DNA of 64,000 nt from Octopus sinensis (taxonomy: Eukaryota): positions 160,580,001 through 160,644,000 of the forward strand of contig NC_042999.1 in the NCBI RefSeq assembly GCF_006345805.1, in the 5' to 3' direction. A model generated the notes under the pieces. It did no database searches. It was given only the letters and a program-made list of their open reading frames with translations, and was not told the origin of the DNA. The translations under genes were made by a program, and so were the position numbers. How positions within the stretch are numbered: the stretch's first letter is position 1; each line of letters opens with the position of its first letter. Below are positions 1 through 13,216 of this stretch, piece by piece.

Positions 1-434
1 TTTCAATCCTGATGATTATAGCATTTAGTCAGCAGAATGGCAAAGTTTGACCTGACCAGCTGAACCATCTCCCTCGTTATGTTATGTCCCTGCTTTGATG
101 AAGAACATACTGCTCAATCTATCATGCTATAACGAATCATAGGAAGTGTTGCATGACAGAGAAGACATATTACACTCCACTGTCCAATCTACTTCTGTAT
201 GCCTGTAGATTTTGGTAGTGCCAATGACAGAGGTGGTCAATGTGGGCTTGGTCAGAGCACATCAGTCACTATAAAACATCAGTCACCATTCTAAAAACAA
301 ACAATCAGATAATCAAAATCTCAAAGATTTGAGATAATTCATGATGAAAACAATGTGAATAAATAAGCATTACATTTGACAGAATAATCTGAATGCTACA
401 AGTTTAAATAGTCAAGGATTAGCCTTTCTACAAT

Positions 435-705
435 CACGCTAAGAGTTGCTGAAGCATGGATCAAACTGCCAGCATCAGTTGTTAGTTGTCGCAGCACTGC
501 ATCCTTCAAAACTTCCATGCTTCCTGAGATTCGCCAACACTACACCTGATTTTCTCCCCTCCATACACATGCAACCTTGTATCTGACTCATACACTGTTC
601 GCTTTCCAGACATTTGTACATAACTGCATATACTTTATACGCACTTTTTGACAAGTTGTGGTGCACCTGAGTACTGTATACAATAATTTCATTATTATTA
701 TCATT
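435..705 (+). mobile_element. CR1-type LINE 3' end
   Basis: TLRVAEAWIKLPASVVSCRSTASFK and (att)n tail; shared with 12.5, 33.1 and 63.0 kb. Confidence 0.75.
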
Positions 706-1170
706 ATTGAGTGAGAGAGCAGTGCATGCCATCAAAGTGACACTGGGGTAAAATATACGAAGCCCAGTATACCCATCATGACTACCCGTCTGATAAGGGT
801 ACACTAGGCACATGCATCACAACTATATGTGCGCGACATGGTGATCTCATATCAAGATAAACAGCACATGACCTCGCAGGTGGGGCTCAGTTAGAATTTT
901 CTTCAGGTTGAGTAACCCATCCCACTCGAAAGGTCTCTGAATAAGGGTTGTTTAAGGATGTTGAACGAAACACCCATGTTTCCAGAGGTGAATTATTCAA
1001 ACCCCAAAGAATCCCTCTCAACACATGGCTATGATGCTCCCCCACTACTTCTGCTCGTTATCAGAGATGCACATATCGTCAGCCACTAAGGGACATGCTC
1101 AACTGTTTAAGGTCAAACAACTGACAAGCAAATCTGAGGTATTGAGCAGAATATTTGCTGTAGCTCATCT
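706..1170. repeat. Unclassified GC-balanced element bounded by (ATT)n tracts, probably a retroelement 3'UTR
   Basis: Composition shift and simple-repeat ends; only one copy in the window. Confidence 0.35.
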
Positions 1171-1352
1171 TATTATTATTATTATTATTATTATTATGAT
1201 TATGACAGTGGGGTGCAATGTGTCTGTATAATGTAAATTCACTTATGTTTTTGTTTGCTTGTAGAGTATTGTTAGAAATTTGACTGTGTTGGTAGGAGTC
1301 CTGGTAGATGTTGAGGAGGAGCACACTGACTCTTTCAGGCATTAAGTACTTG

Positions 1353-1541
1353 ATCATCATCATCATCATCATCGTTTAACGTCCGCTTTCCATGCTAGCA
1401 TGGGTTGGACGATTTTGACTGAGAACTGGAGAGCCAGATGGCTGCACCAGGCTCCAATCTTGATCTGGCAGAGTTTCTACAGCTGGATGCCCTTCCTAAT
1501 GCCAACCACTCAGAGAGTGTAGTGGGTGCTTTTTACGTGCT
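1353..1541 (-). mobile_element. RTE 3' tail fragment
   Basis: (cat)n cgtttaacgtccgctttccatgctagcatggg family signature. Confidence 0.8.
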
Positions 1542-1784
1542 GGGATTTAGTCTGAATTTGAAACTTTTGTACTTTTTAGATTTCCCCATAACTTTTTGGT
1601 TGTCTGGTGGAAGGAAGGAATTCAGATCAAAGTCAAGGTGGAAAATGTGTATCCTTCATTTTGTATTTCTGTCTTTGTGCAGTTTTTGGTGACTGATTAT
1701 TTGTTTTCTGTTGCAGTATGACTATATCATTCAAAGTAATTATGACATAGGATATGGTGTAACTGTTATTGTAATAATTACTGA

Positions 1785-2266
<482 letters not shown>

Positions 2267-2372
2267 TGATGTTATTAATTACTCTCTCTTTGTTGTTTAT
2301 ATTATTAATGCTTGCCAGTTTTCTGTCTTTTCTTTTTTTTCTTTTTGATATTTTATTGTTTACTTGTTTGAT

Positions 2373-2768
2373 CTCTTACTTGTTTCAGTCATTTAACTGC
2401 AGTCAAGCTGGGACACAGCCTTGAAGGGTCTTAGTCAAACAATTTGATCTCAGGATTTACATTTTTTAAGCCTGGTAACTATTCTATTTGTCTCTTTTGC
2501 TGAACCACTAGGTTACGGAGACATAAACACACCAGTACTGGTTGTCAAGCGATGGTGAGACACATACAAAGACACACACACACACAATACTTATATATAT
2601 ATGTGTGATGGCTTCTTTCAGTTTCTGTCTGTCAGATCCACTGACAAATCTTTGGTTGGGCCAAGGCTATAGTAGAATACAATTGCCCAAGGGGTCATGC
2701 AGTGGGATTGAACCTGGAACCATGTGGTTGGGAAGCAAGCTTCTTATTACACAGCCACACCTGTGCCT
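2373..2768 (-). mobile_element. SINE family B, older subfamily
   Basis: Diverged match along the whole length. Confidence 0.7.
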
Positions 2769-3689
2769 GTATGTTGAGTTTTATTTCAGCAATCACCTAG
2801 TCTCAGGTTTGCCCTGATTGAACAGACCTATGATCAAAAGTTTCCCAACTATGACCATCTCTTCCTGTATTCCTCTTAATATGGTGAAGTGTGATTTAAG
2901 GAATACTTGTAGCCTCTTGTGAGTCAAGTAACCAATTAGAGCCCCTTCTTTAGCTTGGTTGTTTTGGTTGAGTGTGGTGTTGATGAATTGTATTTGAGGT
3001 TTCTCTAGTTTTTCTGCAAGGTTGACCATTTCTTGTATGTACTTGGTACTTTATTTTTTAATCTGTACTTTTAGGATATTTCCGTATATATCTATATTTA
3101 TTTTGTTGCATGTATGTACTGTAGAGTCTATGCTGATAATTGCCATGTTGTTAAATTCTGAAAGCAAATTGTTAAAGCAATTTATTTCTTTGTCTAAAGC
3201 TTTAACAAAAGTCACCTCATTATTCCTAATTTTGTTAATAATGCTAAAAAAAAAGTAACTTGTTTGAATTGACCAATGGTTAGTTAATTTTGTTTTAACC
3301 ATAAGCTTTACACTCTTAATAATCAAGACTGTATTGCTTTTGATTTCAGCAATGAATGAAAAAATATTTTAGAAATTCTTTTATTCTTTTATACATTTCA
3401 GCCCTAAGACCATGGCCATACAAAGGCATAAAAGACCCAAAAGTTTAGTATAAGCCCCTTCTTTCTACAATCTGTTAGAATGGACTTTAAATCCCAAACC
3501 ATGGAGGGAACCTGTGGAAGAAGTAGATTCAGGAAGTTCCAGGGAAAGGTGGTGAAGCATAATCTTCAGATGTTGAGTCTGACGGAGGCAATGATAAGTG
3601 ATCAAGACCTTTGACCATTTGCTGTGCTTGAGAAGCCCCCGTCAAGCCAAGTGAAATCACAATTGTGGCCAGTGCAAGTGACATGTATA

Positions 3690-3860
3690 AGATACTCAAT
3701 GTTGGTGACACATACACGTAAAAGGCATTAGGAAAGGCATCCAGCTGTAGAAACCAAGCCAAATCAGACTGGAGTCTGGTACGGATCTTTGGCTTACCAG
3801 TTCCAGTCAAATTGTCTAACTCACACCAGCATAGAAAATGGATGCTACATGATGATGATG

Positions 3861-3862
<2 letters not shown>
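3690..3862 (+). mobile_element. Older RTE 3' tail fragment
   Basis: aaggcatccagctgtagaaacc...gaaaatggatgc(gat)n, diverged. Confidence 0.65.
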
Positions 3863-3904
<42 letters not shown>

Positions 3905-3990
3905 GTTTTGTTCACTATACTCACTCTTTGCCAGTGTTGTGTCTTTATCTTCCTAAGATCAGTTGGAACTAAAGCAATTTCATCTTCAGT

Positions 3991-4407
3991 CTTTACTCTT
4001 TACTCTTTTACTTGTTTCAGTCATTTTGACTGCGGCCATGCTGGAACACCGCCTTTTAGTGGAGCAACTCGACCCTGGGACTTATTCTTTGTAAGCCCAG
4101 TACTTATTCTATCGGTCTCTTTTGCCGAACCACTAAGTGACGGGGACGTAAACACACCAGCATCGGTTGTCAAGCAATGCTAGGGGGACAAACACAGACA
4201 CACAAACATACACGCACACACACATATATATATACATATATACGACGGGCTTCTTTCAGTTTCCGTCTACCAAATCCACTCACAAGGCTTTGGTCGGCCC
4301 GAGGCTATAGTAGAAGACACTTGCCCAAGGTGCCACGCAGTGGGACCGAACTCGGAACCATGTGGTTGGTAAGCAAGCTGCTTACCACACAGCCACTCCT
4401 GCGCCTA
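3991..4407 (-). mobile_element. SINE family B
   Basis: Full-length match. Confidence 0.85.
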
Positions 4408-4744
4408 TGAATTTTTTATTTCAGCTTTCAATTAAGAAACTTCATTCAATTGGCATATTACTCATGGTTTTTTTTACCTTATATGGTCTTTCTGTTTTGT
4501 AACAAAGAATTAAGTCACCTTATGTTTTTTAAAAAATGGCAGCCTGTTATATATTCTCCCAACATCTCAACAAATTGAGATATTTTTCTAAGCAATTTGA
4601 TGCAGGGAGAATAAATGACTTCAATTCCTTTGAAACCAGAAATAGATCTGTGAAATCTTTAGCTTCTATGTTACTTTCTTTGGTTAAAGATTGGACATCT
4701 TTATCATCAAGACAATGTAGGAGAGTGAAATCCAGAAACAAATA

Positions 4745-5237
4745 TATTTACATTTGACGGATATTTGTCCTCATCTTGCTTGTTGTTAACACATTTCGGC
4801 TGATATGCCCTCCATCCTTCTTCAGGTGTCTTGGGGAAATTTCGAACCTGGGTTCTCATTCCTAAGGTATTTTTCGATGTTATTATTGTTGTTGTCATAG
4901 TTGTCATTGTTGTTGTTGTTGTTATTATTATTATTATTGTTATTGTTCAGGTCACTGCTTGGAATTGAACTTGGAACCTTGGGGTTAGTAGCCTGCACTA
5001 CAAAATCTTGGGGTTGCTAACCCCAAGATTCCGAGTTTGATTCCAAGCAGTGACCTGAACAATAACAATAACAATAATAATAATATTAATAATAATAACA
5101 TCGAAAAATACCATAGGAATGAGAACCTGGATTCGAAATTTCCCCCAAGACACCTGAAGAAGGCTGGAGGGTGTATCAGCTGAAATGTTGTGTTAACAAC
5201 AAACAAGATGAGGACAAATATCCATCGAATGTAAATA
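4745..5237. mobile_element. Head-to-head inverted pair of Penelope-type pLTR fragments with decayed hammerhead motifs
   Basis: About 230-250-bp arms in inverted orientation; right arm has GACAC-CUGAAGA-A-GGCUG...CAGCU-GAAA-UGUU-GUGUU at 5149-5194; internal (AAT)n-like tract. Confidence 0.7.
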
Positions 5238-5520
5238 ATGTAAATAATGTACATAATTCCTCATCTCTTAAATATAGAACTGAAATATGTTCCAATTGAG
5301 AAGGACAGATCTTTATACCATGAGTTCTTTAACTCTTTAGCATTGAGATTATTCTGTCAAATGCAATGCTTATTTACATTATTTTCAATTAATCATGCAT
5401 TATTTTGAAGCTTCAAGATTATGATGATGTTATTCTTTAGAATAACATTGTAGGGTGGGTATGAGCAACCTGATATGGCCAGTCTGAACATAATGCAAGT
5501 AGAATGTTTGGGCCAGATAT

Positions 5521-5728
5521 ACTCTCTTTACTCTTTACTCTTTTACTTGTTTCAGTCATTTGACTGCGGCCATGCTGGAGCACCGTCTTTAATCGATCAA
5601 ATCGACCTCGGGACTTATTCTTTGTAAGCCCAGTACTTATTCTATCACTCTCTTTTGCCGAACTGCTAAGTGACGGGGACGTAAACACACCAGCATTGGT
5701 TGTCAAGCAATGCTAGGGGGACACACAA

Positions 5729-5761
<33 letters not shown>

Positions 5762-5930
5762 CATATATATGACAGGCTTCTTTCAGTTTCCGTCTACCAA
5801 ATCCACTGACAAGGCATTGGTCAGCCCGGGGCTATAGCAGAAGACACTTGCCCAAGGTGCCATGCAGTGGGACTGAACCCGCAACCATGTGGTTGGTTAG
5901 CAAGCTACTTACCACACAGCCACTCCTGCT
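5521..5930 (-). mobile_element. SINE family B
   Basis: Full-length match. Confidence 0.85.
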
Positions 5931-6971
5931 CAATATTTTATATAAATATAACACTGTCTCGGTTCCCTATAGCTCAGAAAGTCCTTCAATACCTTACGCA
6001 TTGCCAGGTAGAATCAAAACATAAAACAATAGGCCTGAACGCAATGAATATTTGTAATCAGTACCTAAGATCATTTAAGATTTTGTCACTTTTTAGTTGG
6101 TAAAAATCATTTAGGAAAATGTTAAGAGCTTTATATGTCTTCTGGTTTAAAATTATCTGCAGAATCAATAACTGCAAGATCTTCATTGAATTAATGCATT
6201 CATCTGGAGCATCAAATATATTGAATAGAAAATACTGTAAATAGCAGAATTCTGTAGGCTTAAATTTCTATATTTAAAGTTTTTGTTTATTTGTGTTATG
6301 TGTGCAACACTGCAAAGGCTGACAGCCTAAATCATCATCTAACGGTTAATCAGATTTTTAATTTCCTAAAATATAAAGATTACTTTATCACTTTTTTATT
6401 GTTTCTGGAAATAACATTTGAAATAAGTTCATGTCTTTTAGTCAGCTGTCAAATGTAATATTTCTTTACATGTCTTTTCCAGTTCCACTGACTATAACCA
6501 CTGCCAGGATAATAATTTACAGCTATTATGCTTATATATCAATTATATTATCACAAATATAACCAGATTAGAATCAAGAAGGATTCATTTTTACATCAGT
6601 TTATTTTTTTCTTAATTTTAGATTTACATTTCCTTTTAATAATCTTTATTTAAAAATTTACTCGATGTATCAAACTTTCTTTCTCTATTCTCTCTCCCTC
6701 TCATACACACACACACACACACACACAACTAACTAACTATCGACATGTTGTCACACTGTTCACTCTTTATAATATTCTGCTCTTTTACTTTTTACTCACT
6801 TCTGTTCTGCATAATTCTGTCTTTTATTTCAGTTCATTGTCTCAAGGCTGCCTTTAGTGAAGTCAGGTCTTTGGTTTAAGGATCACTTGCTCCCTTCCTC
6901 TTGTCAGTGCTAGAAATCCTGAAAAGAGACTTAAACACTGCCCAATCTCCTCTAAGGGACAATAAAAATTT

Positions 6972-7019
<48 letters not shown>

Positions 7020-7027
7020 CATACATA

Positions 7028-7831
7028 CAGAGTGCAATGGGTAAATTGTCACCAATTTATATTTTTTATTTTGCACATGTGTATTGTTTCCTTTTGATTT
7101 TGTCAACTACAGAGTATAGTAGGGTCAACTGGGCACTGTCTGTGATAAAAACAGCACCATGACACAATTCACTCTGCCAGAAATTTGGACACAACATGCT
7201 GTACTGCTTGATATTCATGCTGGAAACTCCAATGCGAACATTTCAGAGTGTTTGGGTGTTAATCCAAGGACAGTGCAATCTGAGGACATGTAACAAGAGG
7301 GATCAAAATCAAAAATCCAGTCAACATCATGGTGTTTGGAGTGAACTCTAGTGATGGCAACATTATGCCTCAATTTATCTTCCCACAAGGCCTCAGATTC
7401 AACACAGAGTCCTTCATCAAGTGCCTGGAAAGAGGTAGTGCTATCCTGAGTGGCTGTTAGAAGACACTATGTCTGGCAACAGGACTCTGCACTCTGCCTC
7501 ACAAGCAGGAGAACCCAGTCATGGCTGTCAGACAATTTCTGTGACCACATCACCCCTAACATCTTGCCACCTAACTCTCCAGACTGCAACCCACTTGATT
7601 GCAGTGTAGGGTGCAGTTGAGCGAGAGACCAACAAAACTCCTTGTAACACCAAAGATGAACTGACGGCAAGGATTATGGCAGCTTTCACCAACTTAAACA
7701 AGGAGACCGTCCAGAAGAGTTGCAGGAGATTCCAAAGTCATCTGGAGGCTGTGGTTGAAGCCAATGGCGATTTTATTGAAGAAATTTACTCTTTAGTATT
7801 TCAAGATAGTTTTATGTAGTTTTGGTAACTA
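7028..7831 (+). mobile_element. Decayed DD37D (maT-type) Tc1/mariner transposon, internally deleted
   Basis: TA|CAGAG left end; VWQQDSA...PPNSPDCNPLD with 37 residues between the two Asp; right TIR not found. Confidence 0.8.
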
Positions 7832-8219
7832 TCTTTATATATAAAAGAGAAGTTGTGTGTCTGTCTCCTACGATTTAGATTCCTAACTACTCCCACATTT
7901 TGCGGTGCAGTGTAACCAAAACCGGGTATCTTATAGTCGTGATTCATATCGAGCCCTTCTGGGTATTAGCGCACATCTATGATGAGTCTACGATTTAAAA
8001 AAAAATTTACCATCATTTTTTTCCATTTTAATGCATTTTTTCGCTATTATATAAGGGAAGTAACTCTCTAAAAATGTCTACGATGAGTCAACGATTTAAA
8101 AAAAAATTTACCATAATTTTTTTACCATTTTTAATGCATTTTTTTGGCTATAACTCTCTAAAAATGCTTATATAGTTATTTCCCTTACAAACCCGAGCAA
8201 CGCCGGGCGATACTGCTAG
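7832..8219 (+). mobile_element. Non-autonomous Helitron, copy 1
   Basis: A|TC...CTAG|T termini; subterminal cccgagcaacgccggg hairpin; no TSD. Confidence 0.85.
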
Positions 8220-8616
8220 TATCCATTAAAATGAGATGTCAGTGTTATTTTCATTTTTGTGTAGAACAGAGTAAAACTTTGTTACAAGCACTCAAGCACC
8301 AAGTGGCGATGTTAAACAAAGCAATGTGTTAGTCCCTCTACTATAAGGTAAAGCTGAAATATTTATGATTATAGGTTTGCTCAGACAACTGATCTATAGC
8401 TAAATAATGATGACAATGACAACCAAGATTTTCAAGTTGGGCAAAATATTTTGTGATCAAACATTCTTTACAAATGTTGATATTCCAGTATTTCAGTATT
8501 TTATTTTTCCAATTAAGTTATTAAAAAACAATTTTTGCTTCACGTTTGTAAATCCATGCTTGGAATTTCATAAAGATTATGTGAAATAAGATTATTACAC
8601 AAAGGTATTGTAGCAG

Positions 8617-8847
8617 GAAGGCAACGAGCTGGTAGAAACGTTAGCACGCCGGGCAAAATGCTTAGCGGTATTGCGTCTGCGTTACGTTCTGAGTTCAAAT
8701 CCTGCCAAGGTCGACTTTGCCTTTCATCCTTTCGGGGTCGATTAAATAAGTACAGTTACGCACTGGGGTTGATGTAATCGACTTAATACCTATGTCTGTC
8801 CTTGTTTGTCCCCTCTGTGTTTAGCCCCTTGTGGGTAATAAAGAAAT
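8617..8847 (+). mobile_element. tRNA-derived SINE family C (Meta/MESC-like core)
   Basis: B box gagttcaaatcc; core gtcgactttgcctttcatcctttcggggtcga; 14-bp TSD aggtattgtagcag (8603-8616, 8848-8861). Confidence 0.8.
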
Positions 8848-9501
8848 AGGTATTGTAGCAGAAGTGATTTACACTGTCATTATGTTTTCGTTTTGACTCA
8901 TCTAGGCTTGAATACCCAAATATTGGCTGCAGAGCCCTTTTTGTTCCAGCAGGTCCGTTGTTTGTATTGGTTCGTTCTCAGCTGTCCAATCATGTTGGTG
9001 CGACAGTTCATTTTTCCTTACAAGGGAAATTAATCACCAGTTCCTGGGAGCCTACTGATCTCTATAAGGATGGCAGTTCTCGACTGCTCCCAGGTCTTTG
9101 GCACATGCCACTGACCATATGCAACTCATCCCTGGCAACAATGTATCTGACACTGACCAGTCACCCCTCTTTCGTCTTCTCCACCGAACGCCTGTCTACA
9201 TCATCACTGTGTAAACATTACACAACCAACAGCTGCCTCTACACACCACCAAACAGTATGTCAACTACATCTACAAGATCAGAAGTCCAGCCTAAACATG
9301 AAGTCTCTCATGCATCCTTGTTGTAGCCTGTTATGTTATTTTATTTCATGTATGGCAATCATTGTATTTTATAATGGAGAATAAATCATCGCTCACCAGA
9401 TTCAATCTCACATCTATATCATTTATACATTTCCACATTTTCCTCATTTACTCACCACTTGTTATAGTATCACTGATAAGGCAAAAAGATTTAAAGGAAT
9501 A

Positions 9502-10134
9502 TATATCATTTTCGAACTTTAGATCTCGCCGGGAAATGACTAGAGACCGAGACCTTTGGAAGTATGTTGCGCATGAGAAGACCCGGCAGGACAAGTGAGG
9601 CCATAATCCCGTGGCCTCTACCTGGGATGTAGCCAGGCCACTTATGCATTCCTTTCCTTCTTGGGACACAAAGCTCCACTTGTGAAGACCTGTTGAGGCA
9701 AGTGAATAATCAAAATCGTAATCCATCAACATCAATGGAATTTGTAGCTGTGATACCAGTGCCGGTGGCACGTGAGAGAACCATCCGAACGTGGCCGTAG
9801 CCAGCGCCGCCCCGACTGGCATCCGTGCTGGTGGCACATAAAAAGCATCAACCGATCGTGGCCGCTGCCAGTCTCCCCTGGCACCTGTACCGGTGGCACG
9901 TAAAAAGCACCCTCCGATCGTGGCCGTTTGCCAGCCTCATCTGGCACCTGCGCCGGTGGCACATAAAAAGCACCCACTACACTCATGGAGTGGTTGGCGT
10001 TAAGAGAGGCATCCAGCTGTAGAAACACTGCCAGATCAGATTGGAGCCCGGTGCAGCCTCCTGGCTTCCCAAACCCCTGTCGAACCGTCCATCCCGTGCT
10101 AGCATGGAAAACAGATGTTAAACGATGATGATGA
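9502..10134 (+). mobile_element. 5'-truncated RTE LINE: ORF2 end, 3'UTR and (GAT)n tail
   Basis: Encodes EMTRDRDLWKYVAHEKTRQDK-stop, followed by the abundant tail sequence; shows that the tail family is an RTE 3'UTR. Confidence 0.8.
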
Positions 10135-10288
10135 TGTATGTCAATCATTGTATTTTATAATGGAGAATAAATCATCGCTCACCAGATTCAATCTCACATC
10201 TATATCATTTAGACATTTCCACATTTTCCTCATTTACTCACCACTTGTTATAGTATCACTGATAAGGCAAAAAAGGTTTAAAGGAATA

Positions 10289-10663
10289 TCTTTATATATA
10301 AAAGTGAAGTTGTGTGTCTGTCTCCTACGATTTAGATTCCTAACTACTCCCACATTTTGCAGTGCAGTTTAACCAAAACCGGGTATCTTATAGTCGTGAT
10401 TCATATTGAGCCCTTCTGGGTATTAGCGCATGTCTACGATGAGTCTACGATTTAAAAAAAAATTCACCATCAATTTTTCCCATTTTTAATGCATTTTTGG
10501 CATATATAAGGGAAGTAACTCTCTAAAAATTTATCATTAAATCTCAGAACGTAAAAAGCTACAGTAACACCCCACCTTTGTGGTTAGCCATATTGAGATG
10601 GCTATTATACTTTACATAGTTATTTCTCTTACAAACCCGAGCAACGCCGGGCGATACTGCTAG
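10289..10663 (+). mobile_element. Non-autonomous Helitron, copy 2
   Basis: A|TC...CTAG|T. Confidence 0.85.
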
Positions 10664-11088
10664 TACAATATATATTCCTTTAAACCTTATCAGTCATCAT
10701 CATCATCATCAATGCAATCAAAGACATAAACCTTTGTAGTATTGTTCACTTGTTAGAAATAGCAATCAGATCTCCATTGACTCATAGCTTACCATCTTCA
10801 AAAAGAAGGAACAATGAATAAAATGGTTCATAGACAATTGCTAAAACTGACAGGATGGTGACTTGCAGAATGACTTTAGTCATAAGTCAGCTTGGCCTAA
10901 GTAAACCTGGAGATAAACAAGATTATTATAAATCCTGTTTTTAAATTCATTTAAGCAACTCCAAAGCTTACACATATCAGCATTGGATTTGACGCTTTAC
11001 AATATTTTGAAGGGAATTAGATTTAATACCAGAAATGTTTAGAAATCAAATGAAATGTATTTGATCTGTGACTGAACAACAAATGGAA

Positions 11089-11472
11089 TGGAAGCACTCC
11101 GTTGGTTACGACGACGAGGGTTCCGGTTGATCCGAATCAACGGAACAGCCTGCTCGTGAAATTAACGTGTAAGTGGCTGAGCACTCCACAGACACGTGTA
11201 CCCTTAACGTAGTTCTCGGGGATATTCAGTGTGACACAGAGAGTGACAAGGCCGACCCTTTGAAATACAGGTACAACAGAAACAGGAAGTAAGAGTGAGA
11301 GAAAGTTGTGGTGAAAGAGTACAGCAGGGATCACCACCATCCCTGCCAGAGCCTCGTGGAGCTTTTAGGTGTTTTCGCTCAATAAACACTCACAACGCCT
11401 GGTCTGGGAATCAAAACCGCGATCCTATGACCGCGAGTCCGCTGCCCTAACCACTGGGCCATTGCGCCTCCA
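11089..11472 (-). mobile_element. tRNA-derived SINE family D
   Basis: Head tggcccagtggttagggcagcgg...ggttttgattccc; 11-bp TSD gaacaacaaat. Confidence 0.85.
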
Positions 11473-11642
11473 CGAACAACAAATATATGATTACATTTCA
11501 AACAGAATGAAACCCAAGTGAAATACAAAGAGTATATAAAAGTGGATCAATTAATTACAACTCTTAATTTACCGATCACAATACTTATGAGAGCTTTTAA
11601 ATATTGAAATAACTTCACATTAACTGTTCTTTTAATAATATA

Positions 11643-12042
11643 CTAGCAGTATCACCCGGCGTTGCTCAGGTTTGTAAGGGAAATAACTATATAAGCATTT
11701 TTAGAGAGTTATAGCCAAAAAATAGCAAAAAAATGCATTAAAAATGGAAAAAAAATGATGGTAAATTTTTTTTTAAATCGTTGACTCATCGTAAACATTT
11801 TTAGAGAGTTATTCCCTTATATAATAGCGAAAAAATGCATTAAAATGGAAAAAAATTATGGTAAATTTTTTTTTAAATCGTAGACTCATCATCGACGCGC
11901 ACTAATACCCAGAAGGGCTCGATATGAATCACGACTATAAGATACCCGGTTTTGGTTAAACTGCACCGCAAAATGTGGGAGTAGTTAGGAATCTAAATTG
12001 TAGGAGACAGACAGCACACAACCTCACTTTTATATATAAAGA
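11643..12042 (-). mobile_element. Non-autonomous Helitron, copy 3
   Basis: A|TC...CTAG|T on the minus strand. Confidence 0.85.
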
Positions 12043-12149
12043 TTAAAAGAAGAGTTAATGTGAAGTTATTTCAATATTTAAAAGCTCTCATAAGTATTGT
12101 GATCGGTAAATTAAGAGTCGTAATTAATTGTGTGTGTGTGTGTGCGTGT

Positions 12150-12773
12150 GTGTGTGTTTTGAAATAGTAGTACTGTGACACACCTGTGAGTTTTACATGA
12201 GCATTGTACAGAATCAACAATTGGTCAGAGCTGACGTAGTGTCTGGGATTAAAAGAAAGTGCAGTTTTGATGGTTCCGTTCTTGGGATCGTAAAACCTAG
12301 CACTCTCATGCAAAACAGTCAAAGACTTCCTGAAATCACCAGAATCGATCTTCTTAAGGACGAGGGACAATTGGTGAGTAATGCATGAGAGGCAGACACC
12401 CATAAAATTATCAACCATCGTACAAACAATAACTCTGAGCACCTTTTTAAACTCCACCCATCTAACACCCGTGGACATATTTACAAAGTCAGAAAACAGC
12501 ACAGCTCCCATGACTTCAGGAAACATTTTTTCACGTTGAGAGTTGCTGAAGCATGGAACAAACTCCCGGCATCAGTTGTTAGTTGTCGGAGTACTGCATC
12601 CTTCAAAACTTCCATGCTTTCTGAGATTCGCCAACACTCCACCTGAATTTTCTCCCCTCCATACACACACAAGCATGTATCTGACTCATACATTGTTCGC
12701 TTTCCAGACATTTGTACATTACTGCATATACTCTGACAAGTTGTGGTGCACCTGAGCACTGTATACAATAATT

Positions 12774-12806
<33 letters not shown>
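12150..12806 (+). mobile_element. CR1-type LINE 3' end (longest copy)
   Basis: NTRGHIYKVRKQHSSHDFRKHFFTLRVAEAWNKLPASVV, a typical CR1 ORF2 C-terminus; (att)n tail. Confidence 0.85.
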
Positions 12807-12807
<1 letters not shown>

Positions 12808-13216
12808 CTCATTGTTAGCAAATTCCTCTTAGTGGGGGCGATGCTAGTTTATCACATTTAATTTCTGTAGATTCACTTGTAACTCTGCAGGTTATATGGG
12901 ATCCACAAGTATAATTGGTGGCTAGGCATTTATAGGAGAACAAATGTTATGGTGACCACATTGTGCTACTTTCTTTTGTCATATTTATTACCAAGATAAA
13001 TATTTTATGCTATGTTGAAGTAGTGGCATCATTCATTTCTGTTTTGTCTCCACTTGGGTTGATTAATTGCCAATGATTCCCACACATATGCATTCATAAT
13101 GTACTTTGTCAAATTTTCTTTCAATATCTCAATAGTTTTCTTTTTTTTTTTGATGAACTGTTTGTGTTTCTAATAAATATAGTAAATGTGCTGACATAAG
13201 TAAATAAATATAGTAA

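Noticed and set aside
8958-9326. 122-aa ORF as a real gene
   Set aside because: No recognisable family or splice context; may be an old LINE remnant but cannot be supported
11400-11472. tRNA genes at SINE heads (also in families B and C)
   Set aside because: A and B boxes are present but acceptor stems do not pair, and the heads run into SINE bodies with TSDs
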